Of a stretch of 27,147 bases of DNA, positions 1-9,022 are shown piece after piece. The notes under the pieces are model-generated. The model searched no databases, was not told the origin of the DNA, and was given only the letters and a program-made list of their open reading frames with translations. Position 1 is the first letter of the stretch. Every line of letters starts with the position of its first letter. The translations under genes were made by a program, and so were the position numbers. The stretch is from a virus (lineage: Duplodnaviria; Caudoviricetes), in IMG/VR virus record IMGVR_UViG_3300010052_000177, positions 1-27,147 of that record; one strand, 5' to 3'.

Positions 1-300
1 CTACGGCCTCGGCGTCGGAGCGTCCTTCTCGAGCAGCCTCACCGCGCGATCGATCTGCATGGACACGTTCTGAAGCGTGACCTCCATGCGTGTCAGCCTG
101 TCCTTCATCTCGCCACTCTGGATTTCAAGGCGTTCGATACGGGTGGTGTTCGCTGCGGTGGCCAGCCTGTTGGCCTCGATGTCGGAGCGGAAGTTTGCCC
201 AGCCGAAGATGATAGACGCCAGCAACGTGCCAATGACGATCAGGTTGCCCAGGCTCATCTTCATGTCGATATCCATGCCGAAGTGCTTTTGGTCGCTCAT
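1..300 (-). CDS. Small membrane protein with N-terminal TM and coiled coil (XhlA/holin-like lysis-cassette protein)
   Basis: ATG at 300 overlaps upstream stop (ATGA). Hydrophobic LGNLIVIGTLLASIIFGW followed by heptad-rich segment. Last gene of the lysis cluster. Confidence 0.65.
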   Translation of the reverse strand: MSDQKHFGMDIDMKMSLGNLIVIGTLLASIIFGWANFRSDIEANRLATAANTTRIERLEIQSGEMKDRLTRMEVTLQNVSMQIDRAVRLLEKDAPTPRP

Positions 301-557
301 GGCTTCCTCCCGCACAGTTCCTCGCGTGTCTTCAGAATGGTGAGATGCCGGGCTGCTTCCTCGGCGTTCATCGCGTCATAGACCTGTTGCCGATAGCGGA
401 GGTCAGGACCGAGGCAGATGCTGCCACGCGGCACAGTGCAGGCCGTGGCGCCGGCCAGGACGACGATCAGCAGCATAATCTTGACGACGATGTCGAACAG
501 ATAGCCGTCTCCGATCCGGCGCGTTCCCGCGACGGTTACAGTGTCTGTGAATTGCAT
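297..557 (-). CDS. Putative lipoprotein (o-spanin-like) with a DUF2213-like N-terminal fragment
   Basis: KIMLLIVVLAGATAC is a lipoprotein-type signal; further Cys residues downstream. First 20 aa (MQFTDTVTVAGTRRIGDGYL) resemble the start of DUF2213 proteins. True start uncertain (557 or 476). Confidence 0.55.
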   Translation of the reverse strand: MQFTDTVTVAGTRRIGDGYLFDIVVKIMLLIVVLAGATACTVPRGSICLGPDLRYRQQVYDAMNAEEAARHLTILKTREELCGRKP

Positions 558-583
558 GGTATTGTGCTTTCCGAGAGGTGCGG

Positions 584-799
584 ATGGACGAACCAATTAA
601 CAAGCGTCGTCGGCTGAACGTGGAAGAAAAGCGCGCCCTAAAGGCAGCTACCGTGCAGACATTTGCGCAACTGTACGGTCGAAAAGCCCATAGAGGCCAA
701 GAGCCAAATGATCGGCGCTACGACCGTGAGATCGAAGCTCGCCTGAAGCAGACAAAACCCGAAGAACTTGACCGCCTCTTACGTGGCGATGAGGACTAG
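584..799 (+). CDS. Small hypothetical protein (71 aa), opposite strand inside lysis cassette
   Basis: GAGAGG RBS at 573-578, ATG 584. Charged, protein-like composition (YGRKAHRGQEPNDRRYDR). Confidence 0.65.
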   Translation: MDEPINKRRRLNVEEKRALKAATVQTFAQLYGRKAHRGQEPNDRRYDREIEARLKQTKPEELDRLLRGDED

Positions 800-855
800 C
801 TATCAATCCTGCTTCACTTCCTCGAGCGCTTCCGGCCCCGGCACGATTCGACGCT

Positions 856-1092
856 TCATGCCCGTGTCCTCTTGGCGAGTTCGGCACGCACTTGGTCGGT
901 CGACATCGACCGGACGTCAGACTGGACCTCGTCGGAGATGTCCCTCGCCTTCTGCTCGGCCCTGGCCTGCTTGTCGCGCTCGAGGCGGGCGCCGCGGCTG
1001 TTGCCTTTCAGGAAGGCGACCAGCGCAGCCAGGACGCCGCCCATGATCGCCAGAAGCGTCGGATTGGAGAGGAGGAAGCCAAGGATTGTCAT
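856..1092 (-). CDS. Putative i-spanin (Rz-like)
   Basis: N-terminal TM (LLAIMGGVLAALVAFL) then a charged helical region. ATG 1092 lies just after the holin stop. Confidence 0.6.
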   Translation of the reverse strand: MTILGFLLSNPTLLAIMGGVLAALVAFLKGNSRGARLERDKQARAEQKARDISDEVQSDVRSMSTDQVRAELAKRTRA

Positions 1093-1093
1093 C

Positions 1094-1267
1094 TCACTGA
1101 TCCGCCGATTGGTTGGGAACCTGATAGACACCGCCGGCCACAAGAGCACCGACGATCAGATCGCGGACAATCGCGTCCAGACCGGGAATGTCGACCTCGA
1201 AGTGCCGTAGGCCGATGAGCGCACCGATACCGAACAGTGCGACGAAGAATTTCGAATACTTGCGCAT
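1094..1267 (-). CDS. Putative holin, 57 aa (not in the ORF track)
   Basis: Hand translation: MRKYSKFFVALFGIGALIGLRHFEVDIPGLDAIVRDLIVGALVAGGVYQVPNQSADQ*. Two hydrophobic segments, basic N-terminus, GVYxVPN-type tail. Fills the gap between endolysin and spanin. Confidence 0.75.
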   Translation of the reverse strand: MRKYSKFFVALFGIGALIGLRHFEVDIPGLDAIVRDLIVGALVAGGVYQVPNQSADQ

Positions 1268-1269
1268 GG

Positions 1270-1956
1270 TCAGTGTTCCTTTCGGCGGGAGAAGAGCGCA
1301 GCGAGCGCCTTACCGATGAGTTGCAGGAAGAAGGCCAGGCCCTTGGCGGGTTCGGCGGGATGCGGCTTCTGCGCGGGTGGCTGCGCGCTGGCCGGCGCAG
1401 GCGCGCGGGCTGGGGACGATGGCTCCTTGATGTCCACCGGTGCAGGAGCCGCCATCTTCAGAGCATCCGCCCGCACGCCTGACAAACGCGCCGTCCAGCC
1501 TTTGCCGAAGGTCGGCCAGGTCTTCAGGCCGCGGAGGAACTTCATGCGCTTGTCGCACAGGTCGTTGATGACGGTGGCGCGCATCATCGCTTTGGTCGCG
1601 GCAACGGTGGCTGGCCCGATCCTGCCGTCCTGGACAACACCGATGACGCCCTGCAGGTACTTGGCCGCCCTGCCCGGTCCGCTGTTCACGGCGAAGTCAA
1701 ACACGGCATAGTCGACGCCATCGGGGAGTTCGGCTCCATGCACCGCGTCCCAATAGAATCGCCGGTAGACAGAGGCCAGCTGCGCGTCGGTAATCCGGCG
1801 CAGATCGTCCTTGGTCGCGTCCGCCTTCACGTAGCGGCGGAAATTCGCCAGCGTCACGCCCTTCATGGTGGCGCCGCCGGGATCGGCCGGATGATCCGAC
1901 CAGCCGCCCTCATGCTTCAGGACGAGCGTTAGCGCCCGCTGGAAATTGCGGTCCAT
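1270..1956 (-). CDS. Endolysin, glycoside hydrolase family 108 with peptidoglycan-binding domain
   Basis: LKHEGGWSDHPADPGGAT (EGG motif), FDFAVNSGPGRA, DGRIGPAT, FGKGWTAR. Confidence 0.93.
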   Translation of the reverse strand: MDRNFQRALTLVLKHEGGWSDHPADPGGATMKGVTLANFRRYVKADATKDDLRRITDAQLASVYRRFYWDAVHGAELPDGVDYAVFDFAVNSGPGRAAKYLQGVIGVVQDGRIGPATVAATKAMMRATVINDLCDKRMKFLRGLKTWPTFGKGWTARLSGVRADALKMAAPAPVDIKEPSSPARAPAPASAQPPAQKPHPAEPAKGLAFFLQLIGKALAALFSRRKEH

Positions 1957-2077
1957 CAGGAAACACTCCGAAAGGGGTTCATTCCCGCTGGATGCGGGTC
2001 AGGTGCGCGAATTCGAAGACGGTTGAAATGCACTTCGGATCGTCTAAAGCTGCCTAGGCAATCCTTCCGGGGCATCT

Positions 2078-2752
2078 ATGCGACTAAGCAATCTGATCAG
2101 ATCAGCGTTCCCGCCTGCGTTCATTCGCGGCCAGGGTGACCGCAAAAGTCGTTCGCAACTCCAGCAAGACCTTTGGGCGCTGTCGGAAACTGGCAACAAG
2201 ACGGACGGTTTCTTTGTCGAGGTCGGCGCTTACGACGGCGTTACCCATTCCAATACCTACCTGCTCGAGCAAGTCGGCTGGGCGGGTATCCTAGCGGAGC
2301 CAAACCCTGCCGCGGAACAGAGCATCGTTACACGAAGGAAGGCCCCGCTTTGCAGCCAGCCAGTCGGCAAGGTGTCAGGGGTCGAAGTGGACATGCTCTT
2401 TGTCCCCGACCACCCCGAGCTTTCCACCATGCAGCAATTCGCGGGCGGCGACCGCCATGCCTCCCGCCGTGCGGACCATACCAAGGTCACCCAAACGACG
2501 ATCAGCCTGAACGACTTATTAGCCCGCTACGACGCGCCCAAAAAGATCGATTTCATCAGCATAGATACCGAAGGCAGCGAGCCGGAGATTCTTGAGGGTT
2601 TCGACTTCGGCAGATACGACGTCCGTCTCTTCGCCATCGAGCACAACTACACGCAGGCAGAGAAACAGATTGATCGGTTGATGAAGTTACGCGGATATGA
2701 GCGGGTTCATCGCCTGTGGTCGCGTTGGGACGCTTGGTACCGGAAGCGTTAA
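2078..2752 (+). CDS. FkbM-family SAM-dependent methyltransferase (moron)
   Basis: FFVEVGAYDGVTHSNT, GWAGILAEPNP, IDFISIDTEGSEPEIL motifs. Opposite strand to the late operon. Confidence 0.92.
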   Translation: MRLSNLIRSAFPPAFIRGQGDRKSRSQLQQDLWALSETGNKTDGFFVEVGAYDGVTHSNTYLLEQVGWAGILAEPNPAAEQSIVTRRKAPLCSQPVGKVSGVEVDMLFVPDHPELSTMQQFAGGDRHASRRADHTKVTQTTISLNDLLARYDAPKKIDFISIDTEGSEPEILEGFDFGRYDVRLFAIEHNYTQAEKQIDRLMKLRGYERVHRLWSRWDAWYRKR

Positions 2753-3051
2753 GCGGGCCATTTGATCTGCGGTAGTTCTGCTAAGAAATCCGAGATCGAT
2801 GGTTGCGGACGCAGTCCCGTCGTCACCCTCTCAAGCTCGGCATAGACATATGCCCAGACACAATCGCGCCAAGCGACAAAGGCGGCGGCCTCCGCAGCCC
2901 ATGCGGCATTGGTGCTCCCCACATATGTCGCGAGGGACACCGCGCTGTCGTACCGACGGTCCTGCGCTCGCGCATCAATCAGCCGTTCAATTGCCGCCTT
3001 GTAATCATCCAAGGTAGGCAGCGGTGCCGGTCGGATCGTGATGACGCTCAT
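2749..3051 (-). CDS. Tail-fibre-associated protein (DUF4376/assembly chaperone-like)
   Basis: ATGA-coupled start 3051. YDSAVSLATYVGS...EAAAFVAWRDCVW and terminal LPQIKWP are typical of fibre accessory proteins. Confidence 0.7.
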   Translation of the reverse strand: MSVITIRPAPLPTLDDYKAAIERLIDARAQDRRYDSAVSLATYVGSTNAAWAAEAAAFVAWRDCVWAYVYAELERVTTGLRPQPSISDFLAELPQIKWPA

Positions 3052-3302
3052 TCTCCTGCCTCCTGTTCGGCAAACCAAGCGTCAGGGCCAATCCCGTGAC
3101 CATCTGGGTTCGTGAAATCTGCCGACCAGAGACCACGCTCAGTCCTGTCGTCAGGAACATCGGTCGCTTCGATGATGCGGTAGGGCACGCCGGCAGGAAC
3201 ATCCTTGCGGGCAATCTCTTCGATTGGAATGCCGCTTTTCCCAGCAGGGATCATGACACAGACCCCACCATCACCTGACGGGAAAATGATACGTTTGTTC
3301 AT
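3048..3302 (-). CDS. Phage tail-fibre accessory hypothetical protein
   Basis: IEEIARKDVPAGVPYRII..DVPDDR motif, directly downstream of the fibre gene. Confidence 0.75.
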   Translation of the reverse strand: MNKRIIFPSGDGGVCVMIPAGKSGIPIEEIARKDVPAGVPYRIIEATDVPDDRTERGLWSADFTNPDGHGIGPDAWFAEQEAGE

Positions 3303-3305
3303 GGG

Positions 3306-4370
3306 TCAGTCTCCCATTACAATGATGCCGACATATGCGGTGTCGACGCCACCCACGTTTGATTCACCAACCACAATGGCTATGGCCGACGTCGTCTTAG
3401 TACCACCGCTGTAGTTGACATCCCTGAGGTTGCCGCTGGCCATACCGACAGCCGCATAATTGGCGTTGGCCAACGCTGACGCGAAGTTGACGGTGTAGTT
3501 ACCGACGCCGTTGTCTGTAATTGAGGACACGTTGAAGCTGTCATTGATGGCGACAGTGCCAGTACCGTTGAAGCTTACCCAGGCCTTGGCCACGCCTTGA
3601 TGACTTGCGATGGGGGCAGCCCACTCTGGCGCAGTCGCGCCAGAATTCATCTGAAGCACCTGCGCCGCAGTGCCTTTGGCAAGCCTTGCCTTGACCTTTG
3701 CAGCAGTGAAGTACTCGATGTCGCCGGCTGCCGTGCTCGCTGGGATGGGAACGAAAAGCTGGGTTGCAGCGCCGTCGCCGATTGCAAGTACGTTGTCATC
3801 GGTGTCCCACTCGACACCGCCCTCTGCGGTGGGGGTCGCAGTGCCCCCCTGCTTCAGTGTGAGCGTAGGTTGAACGAGTGTGTTGACCGTGAGTCCGCCT
3901 GTCGAGCGCTGATACCCAACACAGACCCAATTGCCTGCCCCCTTCGACCGGAAAGTGGCAGTGTCGCCGGCCGCGGTGGTGATATTGGCACCGCCCGGCA
4001 GAATGAGGCTGGTCGCATTGTGGGTGAGCGTCAGCGCACCGGCAAAGATCAGCGTCCGGATCGCGCCAGAGTTGACCGTGCCGAGCGCGGTAATCGGCGT
4101 GGTGCCAGTGACGTTGACGACAACACCCGTCGCGTTGGCCAGGTTGAGCGTCGCCGCCGAGGCCATGTCGGCGCCAGTCGTGTTAAGCCCGTCATTGCCG
4201 CCGACGGCGGTATTCGAACCAGTACCGCCAGCAGTTATTGGCCGAGCGGCGTTCAAGTCCGCCAGCAAATCGGCGAGGAACGCATTGTAGCGGGTGCTCG
4301 AAACCGTCGTATTCGGGACGCCCTGGGTGTTGGGCGGCCACGACATTATACCTGAGCCGTTACGGGGCAT
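3306..4370 (-). CDS. Tail fibre / receptor-binding protein
   Basis: MPRNGSG N-terminal anchor, Gly/Thr/Ala-rich body, C-terminal AKAWVSFNGTGT..SFNVSSITDNGVGNYTVNF domain. Confidence 0.85.
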   Translation of the reverse strand: MPRNGSGIMSWPPNTQGVPNTTVSSTRYNAFLADLLADLNAARPITAGGTGSNTAVGGNDGLNTTGADMASAATLNLANATGVVVNVTGTTPITALGTVNSGAIRTLIFAGALTLTHNATSLILPGGANITTAAGDTATFRSKGAGNWVCVGYQRSTGGLTVNTLVQPTLTLKQGGTATPTAEGGVEWDTDDNVLAIGDGAATQLFVPIPASTAAGDIEYFTAAKVKARLAKGTAAQVLQMNSGATAPEWAAPIASHQGVAKAWVSFNGTGTVAINDSFNVSSITDNGVGNYTVNFASALANANYAAVGMASGNLRDVNYSGGTKTTSAIAIVVGESNVGGVDTAYVGIIVMGD

Positions 4371-4448
4371 CGGCAGTACTCCATGTGGGAAAGCCGCTCC
4401 AAAGGCGGCCTATTGTCGAAACGGCGGAGTGGGATTACTTTCCGGCGC

Positions 4449-4691
4449 ATGAGCTACCGGACCACAGCTCAGTTGATCGCTGCAGCCGTCACCATCGGTG
4501 TGATGGTGGCGTTCGGCATTGGCTTCGACCGGTTCCTAGGCGCCATGAGCGACGATTTCATTTATGGCGCAGCCTTCGGCGGCTCGTTTGTCGGTCTACT
4601 GCTGTACCTGGCGTGGCGCGAAGACCGCTCAGCGGCCGACGCCGCCAACCGTGGTCAGCAGCAAGGCCCGCGAAACTCGATCGATCTGTGA
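4449..4691 (+). CDS. Small two-TM membrane protein (possible superinfection exclusion)
   Basis: Two hydrophobic helices. Opposite strand between last ejection gene and fibre. 3' end overlaps the ejection gene by 63 bp. Start uncertain. Confidence 0.55.
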   Translation: MSYRTTAQLIAAAVTIGVMVAFGIGFDRFLGAMSDDFIYGAAFGGSFVGLLLYLAWREDRSAADAANRGQQQGPRNSIDL

Positions 4692-6674
4692 CGGGTCGAG
4701 GCTCGAGCCTTTCGCCGCCTTCAGCAGAGCATCGACCACCTCGGCATTGTTGCTCGTCAGCGTTTCGGCCATCTGCTTGCGCGCTGCTTCGGTCTTCACG
4801 CCCTGCAACGCCTCGACGACCTTTTCGACGCCCTTGATGGCTGTTGCCCGTGTTGCACCACCGACACCGCCAGCTTTGAAACTGTCGACAACACCGAAAT
4901 CGCCGCCAGTTTGGCCTGTCAGGTCGTTGATCGCCTCACGGCGCGCCAAGCTCTCGCTGTTGCGCGTGATGATGCTTGAGGTGTCCGCAAAGGCCCGTTC
5001 ATTGTCGAGCAGCCGAATGATCCTGTCGGCGCGGTCGCTGCCGAACAGTGTCGCGAGACGGTCGCGGTTCCAATCGCCCTCACCTTTGATGAGCCGCTGA
5101 AGCGCAACACGGTCATTGGCATTCGTGCCGATGATCCGCTCAATCTCAGCCCGCGCCCCTTCGCGCAATCGCACTGGCACCGCCGAGGGACCGATCTGCT
5201 CGCCTTGGGGCAACGCACCTTGTCTGTATTCATCCGCCAGTTCGACTGGTCGAGGGGCTTCGCGGCCATTGGCAAGGACGGTCTGGCCGCGCTGCACCGC
5301 CGTATTCTGACGGGCCAGTTCGGCATATTGAGCGTCGACCTCCTTGATTCCCGCCACCGAAGCGCGAAGCTGGTCGTCCACCGCCTGGCGGGCAGTCGTT
5401 AGGGCGTTGCGTGCGTTCGTCTCTTGAACCGTCTCCAACATGCCGTCGATGGCCTTGCGGGTTTCCAGCAGGGTCACGGGATTGGTCTCAAGCTCTTCGG
5501 TCCCGACACGATTAAGCATTGTGCGGACCCGCTGCAGGCCGCGCTGGGCATCACCGCGCAGCGTCTGGATTTCGCGGTCCAGATATTGCGCGATTGGCCT
5601 TGTGTCGACCGGCTCAGCATTCTGGAACACTTCGCGATATCGCGGCGACAAGTGCCCCTGGTTGACCTCGATGTCGGCCGTGACCCGGCGCGGGACCGGG
5701 GCCGGCCCAAGCTGGGAATTGACCTCGTCGATGATGCGGCGGTTCGCAGCGGCATCGCGCGCGCCAATTGCACCGCGAACGATCTGCTGGCCTTTGCCCG
5801 GCATGGCTGCGAGTGCTGCGGCCTGGTGTTTGAGGTTTGGCCCCAGATCCAGAACCATGCCGTCAGGGCCCAGCTCCTGAAGACGGGCGTTTACAGTCGC
5901 CGCGTCGAGCCCGTCACGCTCCATGCCTTTGGCCAGGAGGTTGAATGCCTGCTTGTCGACGCCGGTTGCTTTGGCGAGGCGACCCGTCAGAAGCGCGTCA
6001 GCTACCTTCTTTACGCCCTTGCCGACCCACGGGGCAACATAGGTGCCGGCTCCTGCAGTTCCGGCGCCCCAAAAGCCGCCTTCAATTGTGTCCCGCAAAT
6101 CCCCACCCGAGCGAACGAACGCATCGGAACTTCCGAGGCCACCACCTCCAAGCATAGCGCCACCGACCTTGCCGAAGCGGGTCGCCTGCGTGACGCCGAA
6201 GGCGCTCGGTGCTGCTGCAATCATGGGGACCGTGCCAACGACCGCGCCGGTAACCTGCGAGGCAGTGTCCAGCTTCGGGTTCATCGACTTTTCAGCCTCT
6301 GTCCCGGCCTGGATGGTCTGCAAGACCTCGTCGTAATCCTTGTCAGAGAACTGCGCCAAGGTGGCCGCGGCGGCACGATCAACGCCGCCGCGGATCAGCG
6401 GGCCGACGACCGGGATGCCTTCCAGCACGCCGCCCGACGCCGTCCGTACCTTGCTCAGGGCGTCGTCGCCCTCAATCACGCCGGTCTGACGGTTATAGCC
6501 AGGGATGCCGCCCGGGACGTTCGCCGGGTCGAACTCGAAATGCTGCGGCTGGCCGCCGGGCCGAGGGGCCCCGGGTTCGACCATTTGCCCGAGCGCACCG
6601 ACAGCGGCATTCTCGTCGGGCGCATCGATCTCGTAGGTTTTGCCGTCCGGGCCTTGGATCTCGAAAACAGGCAT
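4629..6674 (-). CDS. DNA ejection / internal virion protein (P22 gp16-like position)
   Basis: 681 aa, Ala/Gly-rich, helical, MPVFEIQGPDGKTYEIDAP N-terminus. Third of three large genes between nozzle and fibre. Confidence 0.75.
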   Translation of the reverse strand: MPVFEIQGPDGKTYEIDAPDENAAVGALGQMVEPGAPRPGGQPQHFEFDPANVPGGIPGYNRQTGVIEGDDALSKVRTASGGVLEGIPVVGPLIRGGVDRAAAATLAQFSDKDYDEVLQTIQAGTEAEKSMNPKLDTASQVTGAVVGTVPMIAAAPSAFGVTQATRFGKVGGAMLGGGGLGSSDAFVRSGGDLRDTIEGGFWGAGTAGAGTYVAPWVGKGVKKVADALLTGRLAKATGVDKQAFNLLAKGMERDGLDAATVNARLQELGPDGMVLDLGPNLKHQAAALAAMPGKGQQIVRGAIGARDAAANRRIIDEVNSQLGPAPVPRRVTADIEVNQGHLSPRYREVFQNAEPVDTRPIAQYLDREIQTLRGDAQRGLQRVRTMLNRVGTEELETNPVTLLETRKAIDGMLETVQETNARNALTTARQAVDDQLRASVAGIKEVDAQYAELARQNTAVQRGQTVLANGREAPRPVELADEYRQGALPQGEQIGPSAVPVRLREGARAEIERIIGTNANDRVALQRLIKGEGDWNRDRLATLFGSDRADRIIRLLDNERAFADTSSIITRNSESLARREAINDLTGQTGGDFGVVDSFKAGGVGGATRATAIKGVEKVVEALQGVKTEAARKQMAETLTSNNAEVVDALLKAAKGSSLDPSQIDRVSRALLLTTVGGVGR

Positions 6675-9019
6675 TACTGTTTCACCCTGATTTTGACGCC
6701 GTTGCCCATGTCTTTCCAGCCGCCTCCATCACCCGGAGGCGGCGCGCCAGGCGTCTGCCGTTCAACAGAGGCGTCGACAGAGGTCTTGATGTTGGCGAGC
6801 ATGCGCTTGAGTTCTTCCACGCTGTTCTTCGCCCGCGCGCCGGCCCCGCCCGTCACTCCGGTCCATATCTGATCGGGCAGATTGGCAATGCCGCCCTCTT
6901 TCAGGGGATCGACAACCGGGTCATAGATCATCCGTTCCATGAGCGAGAGATCAGGCCCGTTGAGCACGCCGAGGTTAAACAGCTCCTTCATCTGAAGCAT
7001 GATGCCCTGGCGAACCGTGTTCAGGTTGTCCTTGGCCTCGCCAGGCTTCACCTGAATACCGGATTTGTCGACAAGCTCCGCGTAACGGTCCAATTCACTC
7101 GTGATCGTCGAAAAGGCCTGGTCGACGCTCGAAGACCGATTGCGCTGGGCTTCCGTCGGCTTCTGCGCCTTCGGGCTGGTGATCGGGATCATGCCAGGGC
7201 GCTGGCCCTCGACCGGTGCACTGATCGGCGCAGGGGTCGGGGCGGGCGTCGGGCTGACAGGCGCTGCCGGAACAGGAGCCGGGGAAGGTGCAGGCGTCGG
7301 CGCTGGCACAGGAGCGGGTGCGCCTTGCGGTGTGACCGGCATTGCAGGACCACCCGCAGCCGCCTGTCCAAATACGCCCTGTGGCGTCATGAACATGACG
7401 GACCCGTCTGCGGGATTGGTGATGGTCTTGCCGGCGCCGAGCTGCTGTGCCTGTTCCGGGGTCAGAGCGCCGCTGTCCATGAGGCCGTTGAGCGATTGTG
7501 CTTCGACCGAATTGCCCTCAAACCGGAATTTGCCATCTGACGGCTTGCCTACATGCTTGGTTTCGCCCGTGGCCGGATCGAACAACGTGCCGTCGTCGAG
7601 TTTCTGCCACTGCTTTTGGGGCGTCCCTAGCTCCTTCTGGAGCTTCTGAAGCTGAAGCTGCCGGATAGGGTCGTTCGATTGCATCTTCTGCTCGAGCATT
7701 GTGTTGACCATGGCGCGCTGCTGCTCGCTCAACCAAGGATCGGCCGCGGCCTGCATGAGCTGCTGGACGGTCGGGCCAGCCTCGCCAGGCTGAAGCGGCG
7801 CATGTCCGGGCATGTCGCTATCAATGGCCGTGCCGCGATAGGCTTCCGCGCCCATTGCCTGAGCAACGCGCTGGGTGGCCGGGCTGGCCGCCTGTGCCGC
7901 CGGCTGATCGCCATTGGCCTTGGCCAACGCCCCAGTGACTTTCGAAAGCGGCTGCACTGCGCCGCCTATGAGCGCGCTGTCCATCATTGCCGCCGTGACG
8001 CGCTGAGACGGTGAGGGTGTGACTTTTGCCACTGGCTGAGGAACTGCGGGCTTCGGCGGGGCTCCAGGTGCCGTCGGCGCGTTCATTCGGGCCCAAGCCG
8101 CAGGCGACAGGCCGGTTTTGGCGTATTCCTCCGGCATCGGCGGCACCTGTGTGGCCTGCGCGACGCCAGCCGACGGGTCGAGAGATGCGACCTGAACAGG
8201 CTGTTCCTGTTGGGCCGCCTGCTGAGCCTGAGCGGGCGAAGCACCTGCATTGAGTGCGCGCTGATAGGTCGACACAAACCTGTCGGTGTTCGTGCCCTGC
8301 TCGATGCCGCCCGGCAGGCTCGTCCAGACCGGATTGAGCACCTTTCCCACGCTGGCGATTGCTGCCGGATCGCCTGACTGCAGAACAGCATCCAGATCCT
8401 GACCCGTCTTGGCCTTGTAGGTTTCGGCTGCGAGGTTCCAAGCCGCCTTGTCCTGATTGATAGGCGAGAAGTCGCCCAGACCAAGCTTGCCGGCCTGATC
8501 CTGCCATGTCGAGCCGAGGAACTGATATTTGCCGGCGGCGGACGAGGTGCGGCCGGCGTTGGGTCCGGTCTGGATGCGGACGGCCTGCCCCGGATGCTTG
8601 GAGAAGTCGTCGAACTTGCTGCCGCCATAGATCACGTTGTACCGGCCGCCGCTTTCCGGCCCGGCAATCGTGTTCAGCAACGCCTTCTGGTAGGGCTTGG
8701 CGTCGGTCCATGCGAGTTCGTCACCATGGAAGTCGACCGGGACCGAAGACGGGTTGGCCTGAGAAGGTGCTTCGGGGAACGTGCCGGCACCGAGCAGCGG
8801 GGCCATTGTGGCGGCAGCCTGTTCGCGGCCCGCAACCTCGCCCTTCTCGACGTCAGACATCATCATGCGATAGCCAAGCGCCTCGCCAAGGGCGGTCAGG
8901 CCCTCGCCGACGTTCTGAGGCGCGCGCGAGCGACCGCCCAAGGCCTCGGCAACTGCGCGCTTCTTGGCGAGGCTCTGGGGCGTTTCCTTGGAAGCATCGA
9001 AGATGAATGAAAGTGCCAT
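6674..9019 (-). CDS. Ejection protein with lambda-R-like (GH104) lytic transglycosylase domain
   Basis: ALLNTIAGPES..YNVIYGG..HP..SSAAGKYQFLGSTW..LGLGDFSPINQDKAA. Pro/Ala/Gln-rich linkers. Confidence 0.85.
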   Translation of the reverse strand: MALSFIFDASKETPQSLAKKRAVAEALGGRSRAPQNVGEGLTALGEALGYRMMMSDVEKGEVAGREQAAATMAPLLGAGTFPEAPSQANPSSVPVDFHGDELAWTDAKPYQKALLNTIAGPESGGRYNVIYGGSKFDDFSKHPGQAVRIQTGPNAGRTSSAAGKYQFLGSTWQDQAGKLGLGDFSPINQDKAAWNLAAETYKAKTGQDLDAVLQSGDPAAIASVGKVLNPVWTSLPGGIEQGTNTDRFVSTYQRALNAGASPAQAQQAAQQEQPVQVASLDPSAGVAQATQVPPMPEEYAKTGLSPAAWARMNAPTAPGAPPKPAVPQPVAKVTPSPSQRVTAAMMDSALIGGAVQPLSKVTGALAKANGDQPAAQAASPATQRVAQAMGAEAYRGTAIDSDMPGHAPLQPGEAGPTVQQLMQAAADPWLSEQQRAMVNTMLEQKMQSNDPIRQLQLQKLQKELGTPQKQWQKLDDGTLFDPATGETKHVGKPSDGKFRFEGNSVEAQSLNGLMDSGALTPEQAQQLGAGKTITNPADGSVMFMTPQGVFGQAAAGGPAMPVTPQGAPAPVPAPTPAPSPAPVPAAPVSPTPAPTPAPISAPVEGQRPGMIPITSPKAQKPTEAQRNRSSSVDQAFSTITSELDRYAELVDKSGIQVKPGEAKDNLNTVRQGIMLQMKELFNLGVLNGPDLSLMERMIYDPVVDPLKEGGIANLPDQIWTGVTGGAGARAKNSVEELKRMLANIKTSVDASVERQTPGAPPPGDGGGWKDMGNGVKIRVKQ

Positions 9020-9022
9020 GGT

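Noticed and set aside
4393-4410. GCCGC hairpin before the tail fibre gene as a terminator
   Set aside because: Short stem and only a three-U tract; too weak to call.
5424-6872. Long plus-strand ORFs (also 13418..14944, 12651..13619, 17089..17988, 26084..26818)
   Set aside because: Antisense shadows of real high-GC genes with no motifs.
7240-7330. Repetitive DNA in the ejection gene
   Set aside because: Explained by a Pro/Ala (PAP) linker; degenerate at DNA level.
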